DNA of 64,000 nucleotides, taken from NCBI RefSeq assembly GCF_009914755.1, contig NC_060940.1; one strand, given 5' to 3'. The position numbers were made by a program, and so were the translations under genes. Of this stretch, positions 16,791 through 33,710 are shown one piece after another. The notes under the pieces were generated by a model. It made no database searches and was not told the DNA's origin. It saw nothing but the letters and a program-made list of their open reading frames with translations. The first letter of the stretch is position 1, and every line of letters starts with the position of its first letter. This DNA is from the human T2T-CHM13v2.0 reference genome, Homo sapiens.

Positions 16791-16847
16791 AGTTGTGGTC
16801 ACCCTGCAAAAGTGGGATGGACTCTGTCACTCCAGATTTGTTCATAT

Positions 16848-16894
<47 letters not shown>

Positions 16895-17197
16895 TGACAA
16901 GGTTTATTACTCACGTAATAAGCAAGGCAGGCTTCCCTAGTAGGTCCAAAATGGCTTGAGAAAGCAAAGAATGGAGGTTGGCTTGGGTTTGATGGTAGCT
17001 GGGGGATAGGGTTGGGTTGTGGGTTTCTGCCTACAAGTCAGGCTTGTATAGTGTTGAACTTCTTGGCATCACCAAAGGAGATAACACCCAGGTTCTGTTA
17101 TTGGTCTGTTCAGATGTGAGGCAGAAGAGGAAGAGGAAAGGTTGGGACTTGAAAGCTATCAGCAGTCAGATATCAAAAATGGAGCGAGATTATTGCA
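16791..17197 (-). mobile_element. LTR47A-like LTR (putative 5' LTR), contains (CA)n at 16849-16891
   Basis: GTTGTGGTCACCCTGCAAAAGTGGGATGGACTC..AGGTTTATTACTCAC..GGTCCAAAATGGCTTGAGA..ATCAAAAATGGAG..TTATTGCA. Confidence 0.75.
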
Positions 17198-17329
17198 GAT
17201 ATATTATTTCCTTTAATACCTAGTTACAGATTGGAAAATAGGCTTAAATAGGCCACATGGCTATTAAAAAAATCAAATAGTGGAACTAGAGTCAAACTCT
17301 GGCCCATCTGACTTCCAAACCTATTCACT

Positions 17330-17460
17330 TTTTTTCCTTTTTCGGTAAACATGGGGTCTCGCCCTGTTGCCCAGGCTGATCTCAAACTCCGGGCTTCAAC
17401 TGATCTACCTGCCTTGGACCCCGGAAGTGCTGGGATTAAAAAGAGCCACTACACCTGGCT
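17330..17460 (-). mobile_element. Alu left monomer / FLAM
   Basis: ATGGGGTCTCGCCCTGTTGCCCAGGCTG..GAGCCACTACACCTGGCT. Confidence 0.75.
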
Positions 17461-17769
17461 CAAACCAATTCACTCAACCGCTAGGCTACATTGCCTCAGG
17501 AAGAAAGTAAAGGGTCTAAGCTCTAACAATCCAGGCTCTACAGATATCATGAAGGAAACATCATTTATCAGTGAAAATAAGGAGTTGGTCAATGTTAGAG
17601 TATAAAACAGAGAAGAATAGGGAATGTGGGCCAATTTGGGCTTGAAATGTATGTTGACTAGAGATCTCTGTCCCTTGGTATGGTTGGTCAGAGCAATTCA
17701 TTATAACTCTATTTGATTATCCCCACTTAAAGTTGCTGTCCCAGTAGTCCGTACAAGCATTGGTGGACT

Positions 17770-18077
17770 TGCTGGATGCAGTGGCTCATGACTGTAATCC
17801 CAGCTCTTTGGGAGGCTGAGGCAGGCAGATCGCTTGAGCCCAGGAGTTTTGAGACCAACCGGACAAACATGGCAAAACTCTGTTTCTACAAGAAAGTAAA
17901 AAATTAGCCAGGTGAGGCAGAGTGCACCTATGGTCCCAGCTACTCAGGAGGCTAAGGTGGGAGGATCAACCAAGCCTGGAGAGGTGGAGGCTGCAGTGAG
18001 CTGAGATTATACCACTGCACTCCAGCCTGGGTGACAGAGCAAGACTCTGTCTAAAAAAAAAAAAAAAAAAAAAAAAA
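17770..18077 (+). mobile_element. AluJ
   Basis: TSD AAGCATTGGTGGACT / AAGCATCGGTGGGCT; long A tail. Confidence 0.9.
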
Positions 18078-18200
18078 GCATCGGTGGGCTGGAGTCTAGT
18101 ATCAATATTAATTGCAGAGTTTCTTAACCTAGAGTAGGGGAAGAGAAAGAAGGGGTCAGAGAAGGGGCATATAGATGAGTATCAAGAGTTCTGTGCATCA

Positions 18201-18482
<282 letters not shown>

Positions 18483-19196
18483 AAGAGTTCTGTGAATCAG
18501 ATACGCGCGCACACACACACACGCGCGCACATAGCTTTTCTTCCAGTTTTCTTTCTGTTACTTTGAAAGTCATCTTTGAAAAAAATTTGGTGTCAAATTA
18601 TATGATTATGATATTGTTCCATTTCAAACAGTTGTGGAATGGTAATATACAAAGTTTATGGTTATGGTTGTGTCAATGCCTATATTAATTTCTCACTGAT
18701 AAAAATTAAAGAAGATATGCCTTGCCTTAATACTCAAGGGAATCTGTCTTTGTTCATATCAAGTTTAGCTGAATTGGGAAGTATGAAGAGATAAAAGCAT
18801 GACGCAACTGACGTATCCCTTGGTTTCGCTTTCCTCATTGAACATTATGGGACACTAAAGCCACAATGGTTCTGTGAATGCAAATCGCTCATCAATGGGT
18901 GCATAAAACAAACAAAACCAAAGAAGCAACTTCCATCTCAGCATCTTTCAGTGTGGGTGTGTTTCCTGAGACAAACCTTAAATTTGGAAAGGCTGGAACT
19001 CCACCTGATCTTACGTTTGCCCCAGCCCCAATGCCATATCTAGAAACATTCTACAACATTGTCACTCACATTGCCAAAAATGCAGAGTATCTGTACAACT
19101 GGGGATATCTTGAGGAAGACCAGTACCTTAGCAGTGATCAAGCTGGTTTATGACTTGGAGCAGAGAAATCAATAAAGTAGTGCCTCTCTCAGATAA

Positions 19197-19541
<345 letters not shown>

Positions 19542-20099
19542 GATGAACACTTATTTCTTCGGGATATTTTAAAGCAAGAATTGTAGCGATTTCTCCTTCC
19601 TTCAGCTTGCAACTGCGTGCAACTGTCGACGCCTTTCAGTGCGGAGGTAGTACTCTTTATGTACTCTTCATCCACTATGTGCATTCTGACACCTTCAGAA
19701 GAAACATTTTCTTTTGGTGAGTCCCGTTGGAAACATCATGCCTGAAAAGTTTATTTTCTTCAGACACAACTTTAACTGGGAAAAATGTCTGGGTATGGAT
19801 GACAGCATCTGGCATGCCTTACAACACATATGGCTTCCTTGTTTTAATGGAGACGCTGCGTGCTTCATTACTTTCTACACTGGCATGGGGACTCGGCCAA
19901 AATCCTGAAGGGAGCCTTGTCTCGTGCCCTAAAAGCTGGCCTTTTGAGGAGTTTTTGCTACCGAATGGATGCAGAATATCGTGTTCTTCCTGTTTACATA
20001 CAAGTATGCTGCCTTTCCAGGAAACAATTCCCCCAAGCTCTTGATTGAACCTGGGGCAGAATTTTCACCTTTATGAGAGTATGAAAAGCTCCTTTGCAG

Positions 20100-20421
20100 T
20101 TCCCCACCCTGTGTCCAAGTGTTCTCATTGTTCAGTTCCCACCTATGAATGAGAACATGCAGTGTTTGGTTTTCTGTCCTTGCGATAGTTTGCTCAGAAT
20201 GATGGTTTCCAGCTTCATCCATGTCCCTACAAAGGACATGAACTTTTTTTTTTTTTTTATGGCTGCATAGGGAAGGGGCAGGGATAGTATTAGGAGGAAT
20301 ACCTAATGTAAATTACTAGTTAATGGATGCAGCACACCAACATGGCACATGTATACATATGTAACAAACCTGCATGTTGTGCACATGTACCCTAGAACTT
20401 AAAGTATAATAATAATAATAA

Positions 20422-20452
<31 letters not shown>

Positions 20453-20472
20453 AAGAAGAAGAAGAAGAAGAA
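20100..20472 (+). mobile_element. L1PA (PA4-PA7-like) 3' end with 5' inversion; tail is (TAA)n(GAA)~16
   Basis: Antisense 20100-20270, sense 20271-~20410; TSD GAAAAGCTCCTTTGCAG 20083-20099 / 20473-20489. Confidence 0.92.
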
Positions 20473-21889
20473 GAAAAGCTCCTTTGCAGAACAATTTGGC
20501 AGGAAATTCTTTTACCACTGGACTTACTTGGAAGAAATTATTGTTCACCAGAATGAAGCCAATATTTCCATGCAAGGTCCTTCAGTTACTATTATGGTCA
20601 GTGCAGAAAAATCGTGAGCTTTTTTTGGCAAAAATGTTAACCTGCAGTGGTTAAGTCTCTGCTCTGAACTGCTGTGTGAACCAAAATCTTACCCTGCAGG
20701 GGGATAACTCTGCAAACTTCTCAAGGCTGAATGAAAGCGATTCTGCAGATTGGAGCCAAAAATGACAGCCTTATAAATTTCATGGCGCACCAAATCTGAA
20801 AACACCTTGAAACACTGATGAAGTCACTTGAAGGTTACTTACACTCAGATCATCTTCAAATTTAATGATAGATTCATAAACTCTTCCCTCGTTGACCCAG
20901 CCTCATTAACTTAAGGACAAAAGAAAACAGGCGACATGAATTTAATTTACCAAGTCTTGGAGGATTTGGTGTTTATTGACATAGCCCCACTCTAACTTGG
21001 CAAAGCAAGCAATGGGAATGTTAATTTTGTCTTTTCCTGTGCATTTTGGGGGTTCAGGGTTTTTGACCCTTAGTGCCATTTAACGGAAAATTTAAAATTG
21101 ATTTGGGATTGATATCAAAGACTACTTCACAAAGCCAACTTTTGATTCAAGCCAAGAAATTATAGTATTTTCATTAAAATGTGATTTTGAGAAGAAGAAA
21201 ATTTTAAACATTTGTTTTATTTGCAATTTTGGATTGACCCCCTTTACCATTTAAATAGGCCTTAACTCTTAGAATAAGTTATAAAATAATTAGATCAGGA
21301 GTTTTTTTTTTTTTTTAAGACAGCTTTTAACTTCTATTGATATACAAGACATACATTTCAAATGTAAAACAAATTAAATGCAAAAGTTTTGGTGTGTGTA
21401 TTTTTGTGTGTTTTTCTGAGAAGGAGGAGCATAGCTTTCTTCAGGTTTTCAAAGAAACCTCGGATGCTCATACCGGAAAGAACTGTAGCATATGGCCAGG
21501 TTGGCTACTCTGACTTCGGTTCTACTGGTTCCAATTACTCCCAATCATAGGTTTAGGCTGTTGAGTTCTCGTCAGGCTGTTACACCTCAGCCAACTCCCC
21601 TTTTGAAAACAAAAACCCAGGAAGGTTAATCAGTCCAGTCCCTGGTCCTTAAGTTAATCAGTACAGCATTGAAGTTATGCATGAATTTCCCAAAGGTAAA
21701 CAGATTTCTATTTAAATGTTATTGCTCTCATTAGCATCAGCAGTTTTCATTATAAATGTGCTGAGATGTTCTTTTCTAATCTAGTTTATAAATTATGCTT
21801 ATTACTTTCAGATGTTGAAAAGAAATCTTTTTTTTTTTTTTTTTGGTTCCCAGTGTCCTTTTCCCTCACGCTTTTATTTACTCTGCTCC

Positions 21890-22288
21890 CTCGTGATGAG
21901 CAGTATTTCTATTACAGCCTTCACTACCTTTCTCAATGGCCTATTTCCCCCGAGTTCCTCTGATTCCCTGCTATTATAAATCCTCCTTTTTCTCCTTCTA
22001 CTCTGAGTGTTCTTTCTTTGACTCACACTAATAATTGTAGTTACACATTTATTTTATTGTTACCTTCCATCTATGGCAAGAAATGCTGGTTTTCAATTAC
22101 ATTGGCTATATCATGTGTCCTATTTAGAAATGCATTTAAATTAAAAAGTGAGTTGATTTAAAGCAGGGATCAACAAACTTTTTCTGTAGAGGACTGAATG
22201 GTAAATAATTTTGGCAAAAAATTCAACAGATAATTACAGGGAACAGATAATGACAGTGGGTGTGAGAGTGACCTCAGAGTGCCAACAG

Positions 22289-22290
<2 letters not shown>
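21890..22290 (+). mobile_element. MER113-like hAT MITE with embedded MER58 fragment
   Basis: CCTTCCATCTATGGCAAG..CTGGTTTTC..AAAAAGTGAGTTGATTTAAAG; CAGGGATCAACAAACTTTTTCTGTA at 22164. Confidence 0.5.

Positions 22291-22292
<2 letters not shown>

Positions 22293-22333
<41 letters not shown>
22293..22333. repeat. (TG)~20 microsatellite
   Basis: Direct reading. Confidence 0.98.
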
Positions 22334-22336
<3 letters not shown>

Positions 22337-22464
22337 GACCAAGGGAGCTGTGTTGGCCCTGAAAAAACTTGCCCTTTTCTATCCACTCTAGATTATCCAC
22401 CAATACATTATGATACACTTTATGTTAGCCTTTGCCATTTTACAGATGAGGAAACAGGCTAAAG

Positions 22465-22751
22465 GGCTGGGCAGGGTGGCTTGTATCTGTAATCCCAGCT
22501 ATTTCGGAGGCCAAGGTGAGCAGATCACTTGAGGTCAGGAATTTGAGACCAGACTGGCCAACATGGCGAAACCCCATCTCTACCAAGAAACAAAAATTAG
22601 CTGGACGTGGTGGTGCATGCCTGTAATCCTGCTGCTTTGGAGGCTGAGGCACAAGAATCGCTTGAACCTGGAGGTTGCAGTGAGCAGAGATCACGCCACT
22701 GCACTCTAGACTGGGCGACAGAGTGAGACACAGTCTCAAAAAAAAAAAAAA
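22465..22751 (+). mobile_element. AluS inside a MIR (~22430-22850)
   Basis: TSD GGCTAAAG; MIR core TTTACAGATGAGGAAACAGG..AAGGTCACAGAACTAGTAGG. Confidence 0.9.
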
Positions 22752-23329
22752 GGGCTAAAGTATTGCTGAAGGTCACAGAACTAGTAGGTGGAAGAAGTGA
22801 GATTTGAGCCAGATACTCTGACCCCAAGACCCATGTGCTTCACCAATGTGCTTCCCTTGCCCCAATTATGTTGACTAAGGAATTGACTCTTCCCCTTAGG
22901 AGGTCTCAGTATAACAGAAACCAGTTCAGTCTTTAGAAAGTTGTCAACCTATGGACATGTGCTTGGCATCCTCCCTCTTACAATTTCCCTGCAAAGGTGA
23001 GCAATGCAAGCCCCGTACATGGAAGAGCTTGGCCTCTTCCCTTGTATCAGGGAATGGACTGAGAGCCTGCTTGCCAATAGTCAACTCCAGGTGTCTGTGC
23101 AGATGGGCAGGCAACTTATTTGTCCATTGTCTGCTATTGCTGTAATGATAAGGGATGTCTGCTTATGGGACAAAGCAACCACAATAATATCAACAAATAA
23201 TAACAATTACGCCACACTTGTATGATTCACCAGATGTCAGACACTCTCCTAAGCACTTTGCATGTGTTGCATGTATAATCAATCCTCATTTGACACCCTC
23301 TGATGTCAATTGACACCCTCTGAGCTGGG

Positions 23330-23791
23330 GTATTAATGTCCCAGGGCTACTGTAACAAATGACCACAAACTGTGTGGCTTAAGACCACAGAAATCTATTC
23401 TTTCATAATTCTGGAAGCTAGAAGTCTAAGGTCAAGGTGTTGGCAGGACCATATTTCCCTCCAAAGCCTTAAGGGAAGAATCTTTCCTTGCATATTCCAG
23501 ATTCTCGTGGTTACTGGCATTCCCTGGCTTGCAGATGAATCTCTCCATTCTCTGCTGTGGCCTCATGTGGCCTTCCTGATGTATCTGTCTCTGCGTCTCC
23601 AAATCTCTTCTTCCTCATAGGGACACCAGTCATTAGATTTAGGGGTCTCCCTAATTCTGCATGACCTATTCTTCACTTGATTACATCTGCAAAGACTCTA
23701 TTTCCAAATAAGGTCACATTCACAGGTACCACGGGTTGAGACTTTAACATATCTTTTTTTTTTGGGGGGGGGGTACAATTTAACCCACAAC
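23330..23791 (-). mobile_element. MLT1C-like LTR inside a MIR
   Basis: GGGCTACTGTAACAAATGACCACAAACTG..CTATTTCCAAATAAGGTCACATTCACAGGTACC..AACCCACAACA. Confidence 0.8.
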
Positions 23792-24829
23792 ATGTGGGTA
23801 CTGTTATTATTTCCATTTTACAAATGGGAACTCAAAGGGACTGAGAGGTTAGGAATTTGTCCAAGGTCACACAGCTTTATCAGCAGACTCAGGATTTAAA
23901 CTCAGGTATTCTGGAAGTCTCTGCTCTTAACCACTGTGTGAACAACTGCTTTGCCTGCAGAACTGCCTGGCCCTCCCAAAGCACCTGGCATTGACAAACG
24001 CCAATTGAATTAGCTGAACGTGAATGTCTAACGCATGTGTGGCCATGTCAGTGGTGGCTCCCAGGAGCCTGAGGACAGGTGAGGGACTTGGCAGAGCGTG
24101 AGGATTCTCATTCGTCTGAACAGGGAACCGGTCTCTCCGTGCGGCTGGGTGGGCACATGACCAACTCCGGCTGCCACCTGGGTAATTGGTTTCCTGTGTT
24201 CCCTTCAATAATGAACAATATTAAAGGAGGCTGGAGATGCAATGGAGATAGAAGCATTGTGGAAGAAACAAAGAGATTTTAATGTGTTGAGTCTTGGGTC
24301 CAGGGAAGATGAGGGACATGATAATCGAGTATTAAAACAGAAAAGATTATGCAGCGGGCCTGGCACCATTCATCATCACTCCCATCCTCGGCTGGCGGGA
24401 GAACTGGGCGTCTGACGAGACTCCGGCATTATCTCCGCAGTTTATTTACATCTCAAATCAGGTTGCACTCACAGGAGAGAGGAATTCCAAGGATGAAATG
24501 TAACTACATGATATATTTCCTACAGAAAGTGCAAACACAATACAGACTATCTGGTTAAATATATCAACCCAAAACGACCCAGCTGCCAAATGCTTGAGTT
24601 TGCATTTTATATTTCTTGCTGTGAGACCATTATATACCCTCTGAGACCACCTGCCTCTTCTGTCTTCTATTTTTCGGACTGCTTCCCCACCACCTTTTCT
24701 TCTACCCCACTCCTTAAACTTCCTTCTCTCTTCACATCTGTCTAGACAACTTCACCTTCTTCATGGCTTTAAATGCTGGCTGTGTGCTGATGGCTTCCAA
24801 GTTGTACCTTCCTAGGCACACAGCTCTTT

Positions 24830-26430
<1,601 letters not shown>

Positions 26431-26787
26431 TTTTTGATGTGGGTTTTTCTCTAGGGCCAAGCTCTAGATTTGAACATCTGACACTCTACTTGGATATCCT
26501 AGATGTGCCTCAAATTTACCATAGCCCCAAAGAGAACAAATCATCGCCTCTTTCCTTGCCTTAGCCCAGGACCTTCTTGTATTTTCCTAGCTTGGGTAAT
26601 GAGACCCAGCCCAGAAATTTCCAAGCTATTCTAGATTCTTCTCTTTTTCATTTGGTCAAGCAGCACTATAAAAATACCTGATCTAGTTCCTTGACAGGGA
26701 GAGGTAATCTGGGTGTAAGTTTATTTTGCAACTATAGATGAGAGGCAACAGTGAAGAAGAAAGTACCCCTGCCTCTGAGCCACAGGA

Positions 26788-27192
26788 TGTTATGAGAAAA
26801 ACCTGGTACTGTATGAAAAAATGTCCCCCCAAACTGGGAAGGAGCCAAGAGACCAAAGAATGACTCGGACCAGTCCAGCTTGATGAGTAGATGAGTTTAT
26901 TGGGACTTACATACAGGGTACTCCTGGGTGGCGGCAAGACAGCTCCAGAGACCCACCCGCCTCCTGTCTGTAAGCTGCTATTAAGCTACCTGTTTTGGCT
27001 CTTTACCTATTGCATACAATGAGACTTTCTCTTGGTATAATCCCAGATATGCTGTGGGATGTTTGGGTTGTCAGGGACACCTGCTCGTTGGCTGGGTGCT
27101 ATGACCTTGGCCCACTGCCCAGCCTTTAGGGTTCCACCAGCAGACACACACCGTTAAGTAATCTCACGAGGATCAATCACTGTATACTTACA
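26788..27192 (-). mobile_element. LTR32 solo LTR (ERVL)
   Basis: TGTTATGAGAAAAACCTGG..GTCCAGCTTGATGAGTAGATGAGTTTATT..GGGACACCTGCTC..CTTACA. Confidence 0.75.
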
Positions 27193-27356
27193 AAGAACAA
27201 GAAGCCCATGAAACTTGGGCATTACTACTCCAAAGAGGCTGGCTCACCTAAAGAGGGTGGATGCATGGACTTGTGAAGAATACTCTCCATCTTACACCAA
27301 CAAGATGAGCTCCAGACAGGTAGAGCTAGTCCCAGTATAGAAGGTTAGCCAAATTC

Positions 27357-27462
27357 AGAGGGGGGTGAGAGAGAGAGGAGAGAGAGAGAGAGCGAGCTGG
27401 TGGGGGGGTGGTGGGGTGGGGAGGGGGTTGCGGGGAGAGAGAGAGAGAGAGACAGAGAGACT
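27357..27462. repeat. GA-rich / G-run low-complexity tract
   Basis: (GA)n blocks around GGTGGGGGGGTGGTGGGGTGGGGAGGGGG. Confidence 0.9.
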
Positions 27463-27477
27463 TTAAGAAAGATTGTG

Positions 27478-27790
<313 letters not shown>

Positions 27791-28683
27791 GATTGTGTCT
27801 TTCTCACCTTTAAGTCCTTACGTTCCTTCAATGCTGGATTATGGGATGGGCCAGCCAGGCCGCTGCATGCAATGTTCGCTTATAAAGGACATTAAAATAT
27901 GTCTATGATGCTAAAAAGTTCCGGAAATGTGATGAGAGGAGAACATTTTACCCATGGGAACACTCTGGGAGACTACCAAATGCAGCTGGAAAGAATCCAA
28001 CTCTCACATCTTTGGGACAGGGAATGGGAACCTCTCCTTTCTTTGCAGAAGGGGGTATGATCTTAGTAGAATCACAGGTGGCTGCTAATTGGCCTTGTAA
28101 GGGGCCTTATTGATTTTGGGGCTTTGGTTTTGCTGACTGGGGCATGCAGTCGGATCAGAGAGGAATTGCTGAGGATGCATAGGAGAGGCTGTGCATTGTC
28201 AACACACACCCATCGTCTCTCCCTTTCCCCTGATAGGCCCAGTGTCTTCCTAAATACATGTTGAAAAAAATACTTAGACCTTAGAAGTTTGAAGGTCTTC
28301 ACCTTATTACCCCTCATCAGGCTCTGGTCCTGTGTCTCTTTCTTTCTTCAAAGTTGGGGAATTAGAGGCCTGCTTTGTGCTGCTACAGGTCAACCAAAGG
28401 GGGTCTGGGTCTATTGCCATAGTTATTTCTCAATGCACCCTTTTCTAGGATGTCTAACAGGTAAGGAGATATCCAAGGGAAAGCGAGTGGTGGGGCAAAG
28501 ACTTCTTAGAGCAGGACAACAGTACACCCTTAGGGAGAAGGAGAAGAAAATTAGAGGAGGAAGGTATAATCTCTGGCTGGGCCTCCTCATTTTGGGAATC
28601 ATCATGATCTTGACTGATTTGTCCAGGATTCTGAGAAAAGGAGCCTGTGTGTTGTTGTTACAGGATACAAGTCATGGCCCATT

Positions 28684-29591
<908 letters not shown>

Positions 29592-29718
29592 CCCACATCT
29601 TTGTTTCAAATTCATTTTAATTACATATGTAAGAGATGCTTTCATTCTCCCTGTAAAAAAAAAAAAAAAAAAAATTAAACATGAGAGGCTTCACACCTCT
29701 CCTCTTGGTTCTCCAGAC

Positions 29719-29931
29719 CAGGAGTTGGAAAACTACTGCAGGCCCAATCTGGCTCGCTGTCTTTATTGAAATAAAGTTTTATTAAAACACAGCTCATTCA
29801 TTTGTATATTATCTGTGGCTGCATTCACACTCCAAAGGAATTGCTGATTAGTCATGACAGAGCCCCTAAGGCCTGCAGAGCCTAAAATATTTACTATCTG
29901 GCTTTTTACAAAAGAGGTTTACCAACCACTC
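29719..29931 (-). mobile_element. MER58A (hAT-Charlie MITE)
   Basis: CAGGAGTTGGAAAACTAC..AAATAAAGTTTTATT..GCCTAAAATATTTACTATCTGGC. Confidence 0.8.
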
Positions 29932-30095
29932 TCCTAGATAATCTCGAGAAACAAGCACTGTTGCCAGTTTGATGTGAATTGTTTCAGCTTATAAAGCTCT
30001 GTATTGATGTATGTGTGTGACATTAATGTATTATATATTTTTGCACATTTTTCTTTTACTTGTTGTCTAGTTGACAAATAAAAATTGTAAATGTT

Positions 30096-30388
30096 GACCA
30101 TGTGTGGTGGCTCACGCCTGTAGTCCCAGCACTTTACGAGGCCAAGGTGGGAGGACAGCTTGAGTTCAGGAGTTTCAGACCAGCCTGGGCAACATGGTGA
30201 GACCTTGTCTCTACAAAAAATACAAAAAGTAGCTGGGCATGGTGGCATGTGCCTGTGGTGCCAGCTACTCAGGAGGCTGAGTCTGGAGAATCGCTTAAGC
30301 CCAGGAGTTCAAAGCTGCAGTGAGTGATGATTGTGCCACTGCACTCTAGCCTGGGCGACAGAGAGAGACCTTGTCACAGAAAAAAAAT
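30096..30388 (+). mobile_element. AluJ inside antisense L1MA 3' end (~30050-31310)
   Basis: TSD AAAAATTGTA(A)ATGTT. Confidence 0.88.
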
Positions 30389-30511
30389 TGTATGTTTATG
30401 GTGTACAGTGTGATGTTTTGATATATGTATACATTGTGGGATGGCTAAATCAACCTAATTAACATATTTACCACCTCACAGACTTATTTTTTTTTGTTGT
30501 GAGAACATTTA

Positions 30512-30815
<304 letters not shown>

Positions 30816-30827
30816 ATCTACTCTTAG

Positions 30828-31171
<344 letters not shown>

Positions 31172-31831
31172 TACAATACGTTATTATTAACTATAGTCAC
31201 CATGCTATGCAATGGATCTCCTGAACTTATTCCTAACTGAAGCTTTGTACCCTTTGACCTACATCTGCCCATCGCTTTCCCCTCCCCTTGCCCCTGACAA
31301 TCACCATTCTCGATTTTTCTTACGCAATAGTAAATCTTGGAGATTTGTCCATGTTAGTAGACATACATCTACCTCGTGGTTTTAACTCCTGCATAATATT
31401 CAAAGTATGAACGTGCCACAGTTTATTCTGTAACTCCATTAATGGACATTTTGGTTATTTCTACTGTGTTTTCCTCTATAATAAGCAGTACTACAACAAA
31501 TATCCTTCTATATACCTCCTTATGCACATGTGTGAGTGATTCTCTATGGTTGATACCAAGACTGAAATTTCTGGGCCATGAGGCAGGCCCATGTTAAAAT
31601 TAAGTTCTCCTTTTTGAATAGGTCACACATTTAGTTAATTCAAAAATAAAAAATGATATGCAAGATATATGTCACAAAGTCTTTCCCCCATCTTTTTCCT
31701 AATCTATTTTCCCTTCTCTCACCCCTGTAGATATTAATTTGTTGTGTATACCTCCACAGTTCCTTTATGAAAACAAAGCAAAGAAGAACATGTATTCCTA
31801 TTTTCTCTTCTTTCTTACACAAAAGATACCA

Positions 31832-31835
<4 letters not shown>

Positions 31836-31884
<49 letters not shown>
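31836..31884. repeat. (TA)~24 microsatellite
   Basis: Direct reading. Confidence 0.98.
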
Positions 31885-31887
<3 letters not shown>

Positions 31888-31947
31888 TTCTTTATTTCAC
31901 TTTTTTTCACTTGATAATATATCTTGGAGCTCTTCCCATAACCATAA

Positions 31948-32285
<338 letters not shown>

Positions 32286-32939
32286 ACTCATGCCTTTTTA
32301 CATAGTATTTAATTTACATAGTATTTCTTTACATAGATGTGCTATAATTTTTTTAACTAGTCTCTTATAGATCACTTTTCCCTGATCTTTTGCTACTACA
32401 AACAAGACATAAGCATTTTATTATTTTTTAAAATTTTTGTAGATTTAGGCTTTGAGATGTTTTATTCATTCATTTAGTTATCCAAGTATGTATGTCTGTA
32501 CTAAATATTTGCTAAGGTCTTGTGTGGTGGCATTATCTTAGGCACTGCTGATAACAGGATTCACAGAACAGGCACAGCCTTTCTTCTCACAATGCTTAAG
32601 ATCTTGTTAGGACAACAGACCTTGGAAAGAAAACACAATCGTAATGTATTTCCATAATGAATATGAACCTCTGTTAACCCATCCAAGATTTTTTTTTTCC
32701 CTCGTGATCGCACATTTTGTGGAGGAAATGTATAATTATGCTTGTGAGACAGAGAAAAACTAACTGGGCCATGAGGACCTGAATCCATTGCCTCCGTAAT
32801 TATTACAGAGACAGGCACATTTTAAATTTCAATAGACATAGCCATGCTGCCTTTCAAAGGGGTTGTGCAGTTTACATGTCCACCTGGGTGGATTTTATTT
32901 TTAAAAGCTTTTTATTTATACTTATTTAATTTAAAAAAT

Positions 32940-33238
32940 TATTTATTTATTTAGAGACAGGATCTCACTTTGTCACTCATGCTGGAGTGCAGTGACGTGA
33001 GATCGTAGCTCATTGTAGCCTTGAATTCCTGGGCTTAAGGGATTCTCTTGCCTCAGCCTCCCTGTAGCTGGGCCTACAGGCACACCTCACCATGCTTAGC
33101 TAATTTTTTATGTTTTGTAGAGATGGGGATGTCTTGCTATGTTGCCCAGGCTGGTCCTAAACTCCTGGCCTCAAGCGATCCTCTCACCTCGGCCTCCCAA
33201 AGTGTTGGGATTACAGGCATGAGCCACAACAGCTGGCC
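32940..33238 (-). mobile_element. AluJ
   Basis: TSD TGGGTGGATTTT. Confidence 0.9.
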
Positions 33239-33399
33239 TTGGGTGGATTTTTAAAGGAGCCAAAATAGAACAGACACTGGCACCTTCTGCTTTAGCCAGA
33301 TAAAACTCCTGTGGTTCCCAGAACAGGACGCACGTCGTCAAGTGTTCTTGCAACAGCAAGAGAACACTCTTGATGGAAACCCCCCTTTCTACAGTTTGT

Positions 33400-33710
33400 C
33401 TGTCTAGCTAACATCTTCCTCTAAGCTACACCATGAAAATCTGTGGCACCATCTCCAACCCCTGTAGGTAGAGTTGATCACCCCTCCTCTGTATCACCAC
33501 TGACATTTGCCCATATCTCTAGTTTTGTACTTGTTCCTAGTTCGTTTTCTTTCCCGGCCTCGTCTCACTTCCTTCATTGTGGACTTCTTGAAGGAAGAGA
33601 CCATATCTTTATTTACCTTTGTATTCCTAAAGCCTAAGACAGTGCCTGTTTCCGAATAGCTGCTTCATCATGTTGGCTAATGAATAAATTAACAAATAAA
33701 TGATCACTGA
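33400..33710 (+). mobile_element. L2 3' end
   Basis: CTTCTTGAAGGAAGAGACCATATCTTT..CCTAAGACAGTGCCTG..TGAATAAAT. Confidence 0.6.

Noticed and set aside
16612-16959. 115-aa Q/A/K-rich ORF
   Set aside because: Antisense to the ERV leader and LTR, runs through a (CA)n, starts at a non-ATG codon, and has no recognisable domain.
27929-28010. Box C-like GTGATGA (snoRNA?)
   Set aside because: No box D (CTGA) or terminal stem at a plausible distance.
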